64,000 bases of DNA from Candidatus Fraserbacteria bacterium (GTDB lineage Bacteria > Bipolaricaulota > Bipolaricaulia > RBG-16-55-9 > DRXL01). The translations under genes and the position numbers were made by a program. The notes under the pieces were generated by a model. That model saw only the letters and a program-made list of their open reading frames with translations, searched no databases and was not told where the DNA came from. The DNA lies in the NCBI GenBank assembly GCA_947085185.1, contig CAMTVK010000002.1, positions 160,001-224,000 of the forward strand, read 5' to 3'. Positions 20,551 through 30,556 of the stretch are shown here, one piece after another (within the stretch, counting starts at the first letter, position 1; each line of letters begins with the position of its first letter).

Positions 20551-21680
20551 GCGCCACAGTCATAGTGTTAGGAGCAGGCATGGTCGGGCGGGCCATCGCT
20601 TTAGATTTGGCCCAGCGCTACGCCGTCACAGCAGTTGATAGCGATGCGCAGCGGCTCGCCCAGCTTCAAGCAGAAGCCCCCGTGCGCACGATCAGCGCCG
20701 ACCTCTCAAATCCACAAACGATCCGAGACCTTATCGCAGACTGCGATCTCGTGATTGGAGCTCTGCCGGGGTTTCTCGGATTTCAGACACTAAAAACGGT
20801 GATCGAGTGCGCAAAGAATCTCGTAGATATCTCGTTCTTCGCTGAAGACCCCTTTCAGCTTGATGCGCTGGCCAAGCAGAAGAACGTCACCGCTGTCGTT
20901 GACTGCGGAATCGCCCCGGGGATGTGCAATATTCTCCTGGGGTATCACAACGCCCGCATGACCGTCGAGAGCTACGAGTGCGTCGTGGGCGGGCTGCCGG
21001 TCAAGCGAACTTGGCCCTATCAGTATAAAGCTCCGTTCTCGCCTGGTGACGTCATTGAAGAGTACACGCGCCCGGCGCGCCTTGTTGTAGACGGAAGACT
21101 AGTTGTTCGCGAGGCCCTCTCTGATCCAGAGTATATTGAGTTTGACGAGATCGGTACTCTCGAGGCGTTCAACACCGACGGGTTGAGAACGCTGCTTAAG
21201 ACCATGAAAATCCCCACTATGCGCGAGAAGACCCTCCGCTACCCAGGGCATATCGAATATATCAAAGTGCTTCGGGAGACGGGCTTCTTCAGCAAAGACC
21301 CCATTGAGATCAACGGTGCACAGGTTCGTCCCCTGGACGTGACCGCCAAGCTGCTCTTCCCTAAGTGGCGGCTCGACCCCGACGAGCCAGAGTTCACCAT
21401 CATGCGAGTGACCATTCAGGGTATCGAGAATGGTCAGCGTAGAAAGTATGTCTACGATCTCTTAGATCGCTTTGATCCCAAGACGAAGACATCTTCGATG
21501 GCGCGTACGACGGGCTACACGTGCACGGCCGTCGCGACGCTTATCCTTGGGGGACTTTTCTCTCACAAGGGGATTATTCCGCCAGAATATATTGGGGCCG
21601 ATGAACGATGCTTCCAAGCCGTGCTGGAATATCAAAGGGAGAGAAACATAAGCTATACGCTAAGACCCCAGCGGGCGTAA
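20547..21680 (+). CDS. Saccharopine dehydrogenase / lysine 6-dehydrogenase family
   Basis: LGAGMVG, DCGIAPG, VGGLP, EAFNTDGL, KTLRYPGH, MARTTG. Confidence 0.88.
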   Translation: MSATVIVLGAGMVGRAIALDLAQRYAVTAVDSDAQRLAQLQAEAPVRTISADLSNPQTIRDLIADCDLVIGALPGFLGFQTLKTVIECAKNLVDISFFAEDPFQLDALAKQKNVTAVVDCGIAPGMCNILLGYHNARMTVESYECVVGGLPVKRTWPYQYKAPFSPGDVIEEYTRPARLVVDGRLVVREALSDPEYIEFDEIGTLEAFNTDGLRTLLKTMKIPTMREKTLRYPGHIEYIKVLRETGFFSKDPIEINGAQVRPLDVTAKLLFPKWRLDPDEPEFTIMRVTIQGIENGQRRKYVYDLLDRFDPKTKTSSMARTTGYTCTAVATLILGGLFSHKGIIPPEYIGADERCFQAVLEYQRERNISYTLRPQRA

Positions 21681-21708
21681 AAAATCTTTGAGGGGAGCTG
21701 CGTTGAGT

Positions 21709-21765
21709 TCAGCGCGCGCCGATGCCGCGGCTGGCTCCGGTGACGAGAGCAATCTTGATAGCCAT
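21709..21765 (-). pseudogene. N-terminal remnant of an SDR oxidoreductase
   Basis: MAIKIALVTGASRGIGAR* behind a GGAGGA RBS; SDR TGxxxGIG motif followed by a stop. Confidence 0.7.
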
Positions 21766-21784
21766 GGGCTTTCCTCCCTCACGG

Positions 21785-22225
21785 TTAGAGCATCTCTAGT
21801 AAAGCTCGTGGACTAAGGATGCGTAGCCTTCTTAAGCCGACTTTGCGGAGTGCGTGGCTTGGGAGCTCTAAGAGGTCATGGTCTCCGGTTATGAGAAAGT
21901 GAGCTTGTGCAGCACGACAGCATTCGAGTACCATATTGTCTTCAGGATCGCGGCAAATCAGCAAGTGCTTACGGGGACGAACTAAGCGTGCTTGAGCGAC
22001 AAAGCTTGCGATTCCACTTAGGAGTGCTTGAAACTGCACGCGCGTGATCTTGCCTTGTGTCAGAAGCTCTTGCGGGACTTCACGGTACTCCTGCAAAAGA
22101 GCAGGCGAGACCCATGGTTGAGTCTTGCGTATCGCCAGACGAAGCGCCTCAGCTGGAACCCCACCGAACGCAAATGCTGAGATGAGAACGTTGGTATCAA
22201 CCACGGCCCTTGGCTTGACGCTCGT
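21785..22225 (-). CDS. PIN-domain toxin (putative TA toxin family)
   Basis: VVDTNVLISA, CRDPEDN, ITGDHDLL; start uncertain (ACG 22225, GTG 22204 or TTG 22261). Confidence 0.85.
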   Translation of the reverse strand, partial: TSVKPRAVVDTNVLISAFAFGGVPAEALRLAIRKTQPWVSPALLQEYREVPQELLTQGKITRVQFQALLSGIASFVAQARLVRPRKHLLICRDPEDNMVLECCRAAQAHFLITGDHDLLELPSHALRKVGLRRLRILSPRALLEML

Positions 22226-22394
22226 AGATGCGGCGACGGACTTTTTGGATAGCTGCTTCAAGGTCCTCCATGCTTAAGGTACTATCTCGAAAGGCCGTGC
22301 GGGCGAGCTTCAGGGCTGCTTCCAGGCGCTCTTGCGGAGTCAAAGCATCCAGGATAAACTCTTCGAGGCGCTTCGCTGTCTTCATAGAGCTCAT
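22197..22394 (-). CDS. Putative antitoxin
   Basis: Small ORF upstream of and overlapping the PIN gene; TATAAT about 8 nt upstream of the ATG. Confidence 0.65.
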   Translation of the reverse strand: MSSMKTAKRLEEFILDALTPQERLEAALKLARTAFRDSTLSMEDLEAAIQKVRRRIYERQAKGRG

Positions 22395-22408
22395 CAACGC
22401 TATTATAA

Positions 22409-23083
22409 CTAAAAGGTTCGCTTCGGCTCAACGCACCCTGGTTGGTCGTTTGCCGGGGAGTTCACAAGCGATGAGACTTCAAAGAGCTCCAGCTCCTCAG
22501 CACGATATGGGCGCAAGAGGCGCTCTAACTCTGCACGCGCTTTCGGCGACGGATCCAGCCAGAAATCTTCTAACTCTTTGGGCACGATGACCGGCATGCG
22601 ATCGTGAATGGGCGCAAGAAGCTCATTCGGTTCTGTCGTGACGATCGTGCACGTCTTGAGAGTCTGCCCTTCGGGGGATCTCCACGACTCCCACAGGCCG
22701 GCGAACCCAAAGGGCTCTTTGGATTTGAGCCGAATATAGACGGGGATCTTCTTGCCCTGAGAGGTCCGTCTCCATTCGTAAAAGCCATCAGCAAGAATGA
22801 GACAGCGGCGCTGCTTCGCAGCATCGCGAAAGCTCGGCTTCTCACATAGAGTCTCGGCACGAGCGTTGATCAGCTTATTCCCGATCTTGGGGTCCTTAGC
22901 CCACTGAGGGATCAAGCCCCATCGAAAGCTCTCTATGCGCTGGCCATGCACATCGGCGATCAGCGCGAGGATCTCTTGCGTTGGTGCAATATTATATCGG
23001 GGGCGATAGCTCGCCGGGACAGCGACCCCAAAGCGGGCCTCGATCTTCTCTGCCGAAAGCGTCAGCGAAAATCGTCCGCACAT
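22409..23083 (-). CDS. SOS response-associated peptidase (SRAP/YedK family)
   Basis: MCGRF N-terminus, YNIAPTQ, WGLIP, INARAET, GFYEW, HDRMP. Confidence 0.95.
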   Translation of the reverse strand: MCGRFSLTLSAEKIEARFGVAVPASYRPRYNIAPTQEILALIADVHGQRIESFRWGLIPQWAKDPKIGNKLINARAETLCEKPSFRDAAKQRRCLILADGFYEWRRTSQGKKIPVYIRLKSKEPFGFAGLWESWRSPEGQTLKTCTIVTTEPNELLAPIHDRMPVIVPKELEDFWLDPSPKARAELERLLRPYRAEELELFEVSSLVNSPANDQPGCVEPKRTF

Positions 23084-23089
23084 AGGCAC

Positions 23090-23548
23090 TCACACAATGG
23101 GGAAAGCTCGCCCTTCGAGCTCCTCGATGCGCCGTCGGACTTCTTGGGGGATTGGGGCTTTGCGGCGCTCTCGATAGTTGTACGAGACGATGACCCCATC
23201 CCCCTCGGCCGCGATCTTCTGAAGCTTTTGGCTGAAGATCTTGAACTGCATGGTGAAGCGATCTGTGCCCATCTGTGAGACCCGGATCCCCACAGAGATT
23301 CTATCGGGGTAGGTGAGGGGGCGCTTAAAATCACAGCGCGCCGACGCCAAGATCGGGCCGATACCCGTGGCGTTCATCGTCTCGATATGCCCGATCCTCT
23401 CAAGATACGCGATGCGAGCGCTCTCAAAATACCGAAAATACGAGACGTTGTTGACGTGCTGCAACGCGTCCATCTCACCCCACTGAACGGGCAGCTCGAC
23501 GACTACGGGGAAACCCTCTAAATCTTTGGGTGTTGAATCAGCACTCAT
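23090..23548 (-). CDS. Acyl-CoA thioesterase (4HBT/YbgC-like hotdog fold)
   Basis: [27 protein letters not shown]. Confidence 0.9.
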   Translation of the reverse strand: MSADSTPKDLEGFPVVVELPVQWGEMDALQHVNNVSYFRYFESARIAYLERIGHIETMNATGIGPILASARCDFKRPLTYPDRISVGIRVSQMGTDRFTMQFKIFSQKLQKIAAEGDGVIVSYNYRERRKAPIPQEVRRRIEELEGRAFPIV

Positions 23549-23949
23549 CTTCGGAGTTTGCGCACTTCGGCCCGCATGAAATCTATAATCTCTTGGGTCG
23601 AAGTCCCCGGCCCAAAGAGCCCCTTCACCCCCATCGCTTCAAGCAGGGGCTTGTCCTCGTCAGGGATGATCCCCCCGCCCACCAAGAGCACATCGTCCAT
23701 CCCATAGTGCTTCATGAGCTCCGTGATCTTTCTGAAGATCACAAGATGGGCCCCAGAGAGAATACTCACCCCGATGACGTCTACGTCTTCTTGGAGGGCC
23801 GCCTTGACGATCTGTTCAGGGGTGTTGTGCAACCCCGTATAGATCACTTCCATCCCGGCATCGCGCAACGCCCGGGCGATCACTTTGACCCCACGGTCGT
23901 GTCCGTCTAGGCCAGCTTTGGCCATCAAGACCTTGATCGGACGGTCCAT
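23545..23949 (-). CDS. Acyl-CoA mutase cobalamin-binding small subunit (IcmB-like)
   Basis: [27 protein letters not shown]. Confidence 0.93.
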   Translation of the reverse strand: MDRPIKVLMAKAGLDGHDRGVKVIARALRDAGMEVIYTGLHNTPEQIVKAALQEDVDVIGVSILSGAHLVIFRKITELMKHYGMDDVLLVGGGIIPDEDKPLLEAMGVKGLFGPGTSTQEIIDFMRAEVRKLRR

Positions 23950-23950
23950 A

Positions 23951-25576
23951 CTACACCAAGGCGGGCTCACGATATGCCCCGTGCACCTTCTTCAACACCT
24001 CCATGATCTCGCCCACGCTCGCGTAGGCTTTGACGGCTTCTATAATATAGGGCATCGTATTCTCTTGTGTGCGGGCGGCCTGCTCCAAGCGCGCCAAGGC
24101 CCGCGTGACCGCCCCGTTATCACGCTCGGCCCGCACCCTCGCAAGACGCTCGATCTGCCGGCGTTGGACCTCCGGGTCCACCCGCAAGATCTTGACTCTC
24201 TCGTCCTCGCAGATCGTGTACTTATTTACCCCAACGATGATCTGCTCCCCAGACTCGACTTGCTTCTGGTATTCGTAAGCCGCCTGGGCGATCTCCCTTT
24301 GGAAGAACCCGTTCTCGATCCCTGCAAAGACGCCCTCGAGGATGCTGCCGTGCCCCATCTCCTCGATCTTCTTTATATATGTATGCGCGGCGCGTTCCAT
24401 CTCGTTGGTGAGAGATTCCACAAAATAGCTGCCCCCCAACGGGTCGATTGTGTCAGCGACCCCCGACTCATACGCGATGATCTGCTGGGTTCTCAGCGCG
24501 ATTCTCACGGCTTCTTCGCTGGGTAGAGCTAATGCTTCATCATACGAATTGGTGTGTAAGCTCTGGGTGCCTCCCAAGACCGCCGCGAGGGCTTGGATCG
24601 TGACGCGAATGATATTATTGAGGGGCTGCTGCTCGGTGAGCGAGCATCCTGCTGTCTGGGTGTGAAAGCGGAGCTTCCAGCTTTCTGGGTTTTTGGCGCC
24701 GTAGCGCTCGCGCATCACGCGGGCCCAGATCCTGCGCGCGGCTCTGAATTTGGCGATCTCCTCAAAGAACGAATTATGGGCATTGAAGAAGAAGCTGAGC
24801 TGCGGCCCCAGCTGGTCGATATCTATGCCGCGCCGCAGAGCCGCTTCGACGTAGGCCATGCCATCGGCAAGCGTAAATGCCAGTTCTTGGAGAGCTGTGG
24901 CGCCCGCCTCCCGAATGTGATACCCCGAGATGCTGATGAGATTGAAGTTGGGTGTCTCTTTGATCCCGAACTCAAAGATATCGACGATGAGGTCTACCGA
25001 GGGGCGCGGAGGGATGACCCATTCTTTTTGGGCGATGAATTCTTTGAGCATATCGTTCTGGATGGTGCCGCGCAGCTTCTCTCTTGGAACGCCCTGTTTG
25101 TCGGCGATGGCCATGTACATAGCGTAGATGACGGGGGCGCTGGGGTTGATGGTAAAGCTTGTCGAGACTTGCTCTAATGGGATGCCGTCGAAGAGGATCT
25201 CGAAGTCTTTGAGGGTATCTATGGCGACGCCTTCGACGCCCACTTCTCCATCGGCGAGGGGGTGATCGCTATCTAACCCCATCAAGGTGGGCATATCGAA
25301 GGCGGTGGACAGGCCGGTTTGCCCTTCACTTAAGAGATATTTAAAGCGCTGGTTGGTCTCTTCTGGGCCGCCGAAGCCCGCGAATTGTCTCATGGTCCAC
25401 AGCCTTCCCCGGTACATGGTGGGGTAGATGCCGCGGGTGAATGGGAATTCTCCTGGGGAGCCCAGATCGCGTTCGTAGTCGAGGTCTTTGATATCGTGGG
25501 GGGTATAGAGTCGTCTGATGGGGTAGTTGGAGACCGTGATGAATCGGTCTTTTCGTTCTGGGGTCTTTTCGGTCAT
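23951..25576 (-). CDS. Acyl-CoA mutase large subunit, isobutyryl-CoA mutase type (IcmA-like)
   Basis: [65 protein letters not shown]. Confidence 0.9.
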   Translation of the reverse strand: MTEKTPERKDRFITVSNYPIRRLYTPHDIKDLDYERDLGSPGEFPFTRGIYPTMYRGRLWTMRQFAGFGGPEETNQRFKYLLSEGQTGLSTAFDMPTLMGLDSDHPLADGEVGVEGVAIDTLKDFEILFDGIPLEQVSTSFTINPSAPVIYAMYMAIADKQGVPREKLRGTIQNDMLKEFIAQKEWVIPPRPSVDLIVDIFEFGIKETPNFNLISISGYHIREAGATALQELAFTLADGMAYVEAALRRGIDIDQLGPQLSFFFNAHNSFFEEIAKFRAARRIWARVMRERYGAKNPESWKLRFHTQTAGCSLTEQQPLNNIIRVTIQALAAVLGGTQSLHTNSYDEALALPSEEAVRIALRTQQIIAYESGVADTIDPLGGSYFVESLTNEMERAAHTYIKKIEEMGHGSILEGVFAGIENGFFQREIAQAAYEYQKQVESGEQIIVGVNKYTICEDERVKILRVDPEVQRRQIERLARVRAERDNGAVTRALARLEQAARTQENTMPYIIEAVKAYASVGEIMEVLKKVHGAYREPALV

Positions 25577-25645
25577 GGGTCGTTCCTCCTTGCGCAGCTT
25601 ATTATAATATATCGGTGGCCGCTGTGCACAGCTAACGGAAAATCC

Positions 25646-25674
25646 TTGACAGCTCGTGGGGAGCCCCTTATAAT
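25646..25674 (+). promoter_or_regulatory. Consensus sigma70 promoter of the clpC-radA-disA-PNP operon
   Basis: TTGACA-17-TATAAT. Confidence 0.8.
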
Positions 25675-25711
25675 CGAGCGGGCTGCAACAGCCTGAAGGG
25701 AGCACCCGACG

Positions 25712-28147
25712 ATGCATGACATGTACAATCTCTTCTCACGCGAGGCCCAGCAAGCCATCGGCATCGCCTACAAAGAAGCCGAGGCCTGGGGCCATGACTA
25801 CGTGGGCACCGAACACTTGCTCTTAGCATTCACAAAGATGCGCACCTCCGAAGTCTGTAAGTTCTTAGAGGCCAATGGCGTCACCTACCAGCGAGTATCC
25901 CGCGAGATCGAACACGAGGTCGGCAGGGGCCAGTCGCGCTTCATCCCCACCGAACTCCACCCCACCCCTCAACTCAAACGCATCATTACGCGCTCGTATG
26001 AAGAGACCCGTCGCTATGGCCACACCCTCATCGCTGCCGAAGATCTCTTGCTCGCTCTCTTGGAAGAGGGGCAAAACATCGCGGCCCAGATCTTACAGCG
26101 CGCGGGAATTGACATCGCCAAGGTGCGTCGGTATCTCTCGCCCCTGCAGGCCAATCTCGTGGGAAGTCGCACCAAGCGCGACGACCGCTCCAAATGGAAA
26201 AATTTTGAATACGGGCGCAATTTAGTCGAAGAAGCCCGCGCGGGCCGGCTCGACCCCGTCATCGGCCGCGAACGCGAGATCACCAGAATCATCCAGACCC
26301 TCTCCCGCAGAAAGAAGAATAACCCCGTGGTCGTGGGCGAGCCCGGCGTAGGCAAGACCGCGATTGTTGAGGGGCTGGCGCAACGCATCGCCTCCGGGGA
26401 TGTGCCCGCCCCGCTCTTGGGCAAAGAGATCATTGAGCTCGATATGGCCGCCATCGTCGCGGGCACCAAATATCGCGGGGAGTTCGAACAGCGCCTCAAA
26501 GCGATCGTCAATGCCGTGATCGAATCTGGGAATGTCATTCTCTTTATTGATGAGCTGCACACAGTCGTTGGGGCCGGCGGGGCCGAGGGTGCTATTGACG
26601 CTTCCGCGATCTTAAAGCCCCCGCTGGCATCTGGGCTCATCCAGTGTATTGGGACGGCGACGCTCGACGAATACCGAAAGTATATAGAAAAAGACGCAGC
26701 CTTGGAGCGACGCTTCAAGAAGATTTTAGTCGAAGAGCCCTCGATCGAAGCGGCGGTCCAGATTCTCAAGGGGCTGCGCCCGCGCTATGAAGCGCACCAC
26801 CGGGTGAAGATCACCGACGGGGCGCTCTATGCCGCAGCCAAGCTCGCCGATCGCTATATTACCGATCACTTCTTGCCGGATAAAGCGATCGATCTCATAG
26901 ACGAGACGGCGGCCAAGAAGAGATTAGAGACGAGCTCCTTCTCCCCAGAGATCCGGGAGTTAGAAAACCAGCTGCGCGAGCTGGCGGAGCAGAAGAACGC
27001 GGCGATCAGCGAGCAAGATTATGAGCGTGCGGCGCAGCTGCGCGATCGAGAACGCAGCGTGCAGGAGCGCTTGCGCGAGCTGAAGATGGAATTTCGCGAA
27101 TACGAGGCGGTCGTCACCGAAGACGACATCGCTCAGATGGTCTCCAGCTGGACGGGCGTGCCCGTGGGCCACATGAAGATGGAGGAATCCAAGCGCGTCT
27201 TAACTATGGAACAAGAGATCCATAAGCGCTACATTGACCAAGAAGAAGCAGTCAAGGCGGTGGCGCGCGCTATTCGGAGGGCCTACGCAGGGGTCAAAGA
27301 CCCCAAGCGCCCTATCGGAAGCTTCTTGTTCTTGGGGCCTACCGGTGTGGGCAAGACCGAGCTGGCCAAAGCCATTGCCGAGTTTCTCTTCGGCGATGAG
27401 GAGGCGCTCATCCGCATTGATATGTCCGAGTATATGGAGCGCTTCTCGGTGTCGCGGCTGATTGGGGCGCCGCCGGGCTACGTGGGCTACGAAGAGGCCG
27501 GCGAACTGACCGAAGCCGTCCGAAGAAGACCCTATTCTGTCGTGCTCTTCGATGAGATCGAGAAAGCTCATCGAGACGTGTTCAATATTCTCTTACAGGT
27601 GATGGACGACGGGGCTTTGACAGACTCTCAGGGCCGTCGCGTGGACTTCAGAAATACCGTGTTAATTATGACGAGCAACATCGGCTCCAAGACGATCACC
27701 GATCGGGTGACCTTGGGGTTTGGCACGGAGTCGGAAGTGGACTCCCCAGAGTCGTACAAAGAGATGCGCAGCCGCGTCATGGGCGAAGTCAAAGAGTTCT
27801 TCCGCCCGGAATTTCTCAACCGTCTCGATGATATAATAGTCTTCCATCAGCACACCAGAGAGAATATCTATCAGATAGCGGAGCTGAAGCTGCGGGAGCT
27901 GGCGGAGCGCTTGCGCGAGCGCGAGATCTTCATCTCGGTCACCGAAGACGCCAAAGAGCTGCTCATCAAGGAGGGCTACGACCCAAAGTACGGGGCTCGC
28001 CCTCTGGTACGCACGCTCGAAAGGCTCATAGAGAACCCGATCTCGGACAAGATCTTAGAAGGGGAGTTCGCCAAGGGCGATTCGATCGTGATTGACGCGA
28101 AAGATCACCAGATCTGCTTCTTGAAGAAGACGCCGGAGTTGATCTGA
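25712..28147 (+). CDS. clpC: ATP-dependent Clp protease ATP-binding subunit
   Basis: Clp N-domain repeats, [11 protein letters not shown] coil ([12 protein letters not shown]), [16 protein letters not shown]; precedes radA-disA. Confidence 0.95.
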   Translation: MHDMYNLFSREAQQAIGIAYKEAEAWGHDYVGTEHLLLAFTKMRTSEVCKFLEANGVTYQRVSREIEHEVGRGQSRFIPTELHPTPQLKRIITRSYEETRRYGHTLIAAEDLLLALLEEGQNIAAQILQRAGIDIAKVRRYLSPLQANLVGSRTKRDDRSKWKNFEYGRNLVEEARAGRLDPVIGREREITRIIQTLSRRKKNNPVVVGEPGVGKTAIVEGLAQRIASGDVPAPLLGKEIIELDMAAIVAGTKYRGEFEQRLKAIVNAVIESGNVILFIDELHTVVGAGGAEGAIDASAILKPPLASGLIQCIGTATLDEYRKYIEKDAALERRFKKILVEEPSIEAAVQILKGLRPRYEAHHRVKITDGALYAAAKLADRYITDHFLPDKAIDLIDETAAKKRLETSSFSPEIRELENQLRELAEQKNAAISEQDYERAAQLRDRERSVQERLRELKMEFREYEAVVTEDDIAQMVSSWTGVPVGHMKMEESKRVLTMEQEIHKRYIDQEEAVKAVARAIRRAYAGVKDPKRPIGSFLFLGPTGVGKTELAKAIAEFLFGDEEALIRIDMSEYMERFSVSRLIGAPPGYVGYEEAGELTEAVRRRPYSVVLFDEIEKAHRDVFNILLQVMDDGALTDSQGRRVDFRNTVLIMTSNIGSKTITDRVTLGFGTESEVDSPESYKEMRSRVMGEVKEFFRPEFLNRLDDIIVFHQHTRENIYQIAELKLRELAERLREREIFISVTEDAKELLIKEGYDPKYGARPLVRTLERLIENPISDKILEGEFAKGDSIVIDAKDHQICFLKKTPELI

Positions 28148-28154
28148 GAGAGCT

Positions 28155-29492
28155 ATGTTCCACTGCCGATCCTGCGGCTACGCCTCGCTGAAGTGGCTAG
28201 GGCGCTGTCCGCAGTGCGGCCAGTGGGGGAGCTTGGCTGAAACGACAGAGAGTAGGGGCACGTTGCAACGTGCCCCTACCATCCAGCCCCTCGCCACAAT
28301 TCCCCTCCAAGAGGCGCAGCGCCGACCGACCCAGATCGCCGAATTCGATCGGGTTATGGGGGGAGGGCTGATCGCCGGGTCGGTGATCTTAGTGGGTGGG
28401 GAGCCAGGGATCGGCAAGTCCACGCTCTTGCTCCAAGTAGCTGCGCGGCTCGCCACGGATGCTTCGCGTCCCGTGCTCTATATCTCTGGCGAAGAGTCTC
28501 CAGGACAGATCAAGCTGCGCGCGGAGCGCCTGGCCCTCACAGATACAGAGAACCTGCTCATCGTCCACGAGCAGAGCCTCCACGCGCTCTGCCACCACGT
28601 GCGGCAGACCCAAGCGTCAGCCGTTATTGTCGATTCGATTCAGACGATCTTCCCCGAGGGCGCCCTCGAGGGCCTGGGGACGACCCACCAAGTCGGCCAG
28701 GCGACTTTTGAGCTGATTCAACTGGCGCGAGCAGAGAAGATCCCAATATTTCTCATTGGGCACATCACCAAAGCCGGGGACTTTGCCGGGCCTAAAGCGG
28801 TCGAGCACTTAGTCGACGTGGCGCTCTATCTTGAGGGCGGGCGGGAGAGCGACGTGCGGATAGTCCGAGCCGTGAAGAATCGCTTCGGTTCGACAGAAGA
28901 GATCGGGGTCTTCCAGATGACCGAGGCGGGCCTAGTCGAGATCGCCAACCCATCACAGTTTTTCACAGAACGAATCGGGCCGGTGCCTCCAGGGTCGGTG
29001 ATCGTCCCCACGGTAGAGGGCACACGCCCGATCTTAGTAGAAATTCAAGCGCTTGTGGCGTTCACGCGCTCGAACTACCCGCAGCGCCGCGCCACGGGAT
29101 TGGATTTCAACAGGGTCGCTCTCTTAGTAGCTGTGATCGAGAAGCACCTAGGAGCACAGATCAGCGGGGAAGATATCTATGTGAATGTCGCCGGGGGGCT
29201 GTCGTTGCGTGAGACTGCTCTGGATTTGGGGATCGCGGCCGCGATCGTGTCGAGCTTCAAAGAGAGACCCATAGACGGTCAGACGGTGGTCGTGGGGGAG
29301 CTGGGGTTAGCTGGGGAGGTGCGGCGGGTGCGGAAGCTGCGGGAGCGGCTCGCGGAAGCCGCCAAGCTCGGCTACCGCCGAGCTCTTGTTCCTGGTGGGG
29401 AGGCAGGAGGAGCGAAAGATCTTGCGCCGGGCGGGATGGAGGTCTGCCCGGTGCGCACGATCCGCCAGGCCATGGAGGCGTTGGGAATCTAA
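28155..29492 (+). CDS. radA: DNA repair protein RadA/Sms
   Basis: C4 zinc finger, GEPGIGKSTLL, KNRFG, Lon-like C-terminal domain. Confidence 0.97.
   Translation: MFHCRSCGYASLKWLGRCPQCGQWGSLAETTESRGTLQRAPTIQPLATIPLQEAQRRPTQIAEFDRVMGGGLIAGSVILVGGEPGIGKSTLLLQVAARLATDASRPVLYISGEESPGQIKLRAERLALTDTENLLIVHEQSLHALCHHVRQTQASAVIVDSIQTIFPEGALEGLGTTHQVGQATFELIQLARAEKIPIFLIGHITKAGDFAGPKAVEHLVDVALYLEGGRESDVRIVRAVKNRFGSTEEIGVFQMTEAGLVEIANPSQFFTERIGPVPPGSVIVPTVEGTRPILVEIQALVAFTRSNYPQRRATGLDFNRVALLVAVIEKHLGAQISGEDIYVNVAGGLSLRETALDLGIAAAIVSSFKERPIDGQTVVVGELGLAGEVRRVRKLRERLAEAAKLGYRRALVPGGEAGGAKDLAPGGMEVCPVRTIRQAMEALGI
28252..28279. repeat. REP palindrome inside radA
   Basis: GTAGGGGCACGTTGCAACGTGCCCCTAC, identical to copies at 54096-54123 and 56451-56478. 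Confidence 0.92.
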
Positions 29493-30556
29493 TGCCCAAG
29501 AGCGTTCGGGAAGAGGGCTTTCTCAGAGTTTTAGAGAAGGTCGCGCCGGGGACGCCCCTGCGCGAGGCGATCAACTCTATTGTGCAGATGCGCAACGGCG
29601 GGTTAATAGTCTTATCAGACTTAGAGAGAGCGCGCCAGGTCGTGCAGGCGGGCTTCTTTCTTGATACAGAATTCACCCCGCAGCGGGTCGTGGAGCTTTC
29701 TAAGATGGACCGAGCTATTGTCATTGACGAGGATCTCAAGAGAATCTACTATGCAAACGCGTATCTTGTGCCCGATCCGTTCATCCCCTCCAATGAGACC
29801 GGCACGCGGCATTTAACTGCCGAAAGAGTCGCCAAACAGCTGAACGTGGCCACGGTCGCCATCTCCGCCGAGCGCATGGGAAGGGTCACTATCTACTACG
29901 GGCCGATCCGATACGTCTTGCAAGATATTTTGGTCTTGAGTGCGCGGGTCAACCAAGCGCTGCGCATTCTTGAGCAGTATCGGGTTACGTACAATGAACT
30001 CGCTCAAGAGCTGATGGCCCTGGAGCTGGAGGGGCGGGTCTTGCCCTATCACGTCGCCAATATCTTGCAGAACATCGTGCAGATTTTAGATACTGAAGAA
30101 GAGATTCAGCGGTGGTTTGTGGAGCTAGGTGAGGAGCGACATCTCTTTGAAGTCTTATTGGAGTGGCTCATGGTGGGGGTTAAAGAACAAGCCGAGCTGA
30201 TAGTCCGGGATTTTCAAGCCAATCGCAAGGCCCCCAAGACGATCCTTGAAGAGATTCGGCAACTCTCCCCAGAGGAGCTGCTCTCGACCGAGAAGATCTT
30301 AGAGATTTTGGGGTACGAAAGCAGTGAAGAGCTGCTCGATCGGGTCTTGCCGTCGCGGGGCTATCGGGTGCTCAGTCAAATCCCCCGGCTCCCCATGGCG
30401 GTGATCGAGGATGTCGTGAACGCGTTTGGCACGTTGCGCGCGATATTGCGGGCCACCGAGAAAGATCTCATGGAGGTGAAGGGGGTTGCGGAGGTGCGAG
30501 CGCGCGCGATCCGTGCGGGGCTGCGCAGATTGAAGAACACTTTGATTGGGGTATGA
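29492..30556 (+). CDS. disA: DNA integrity scanning protein DisA with variant catalytic motifs
   Basis: VAPGTPLREA, ETGTRH, C-terminal HhH (EVKGVAEVRA); downstream of radA; DRA and RHL replace DGA and RHR. Confidence 0.92.
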   Translation: MPKSVREEGFLRVLEKVAPGTPLREAINSIVQMRNGGLIVLSDLERARQVVQAGFFLDTEFTPQRVVELSKMDRAIVIDEDLKRIYYANAYLVPDPFIPSNETGTRHLTAERVAKQLNVATVAISAERMGRVTIYYGPIRYVLQDILVLSARVNQALRILEQYRVTYNELAQELMALELEGRVLPYHVANILQNIVQILDTEEEIQRWFVELGEERHLFEVLLEWLMVGVKEQAELIVRDFQANRKAPKTILEEIRQLSPEELLSTEKILEILGYESSEELLDRVLPSRGYRVLSQIPRLPMAVIEDVVNAFGTLRAILRATEKDLMEVKGVAEVRARAIRAGLRRLKNTLIGV

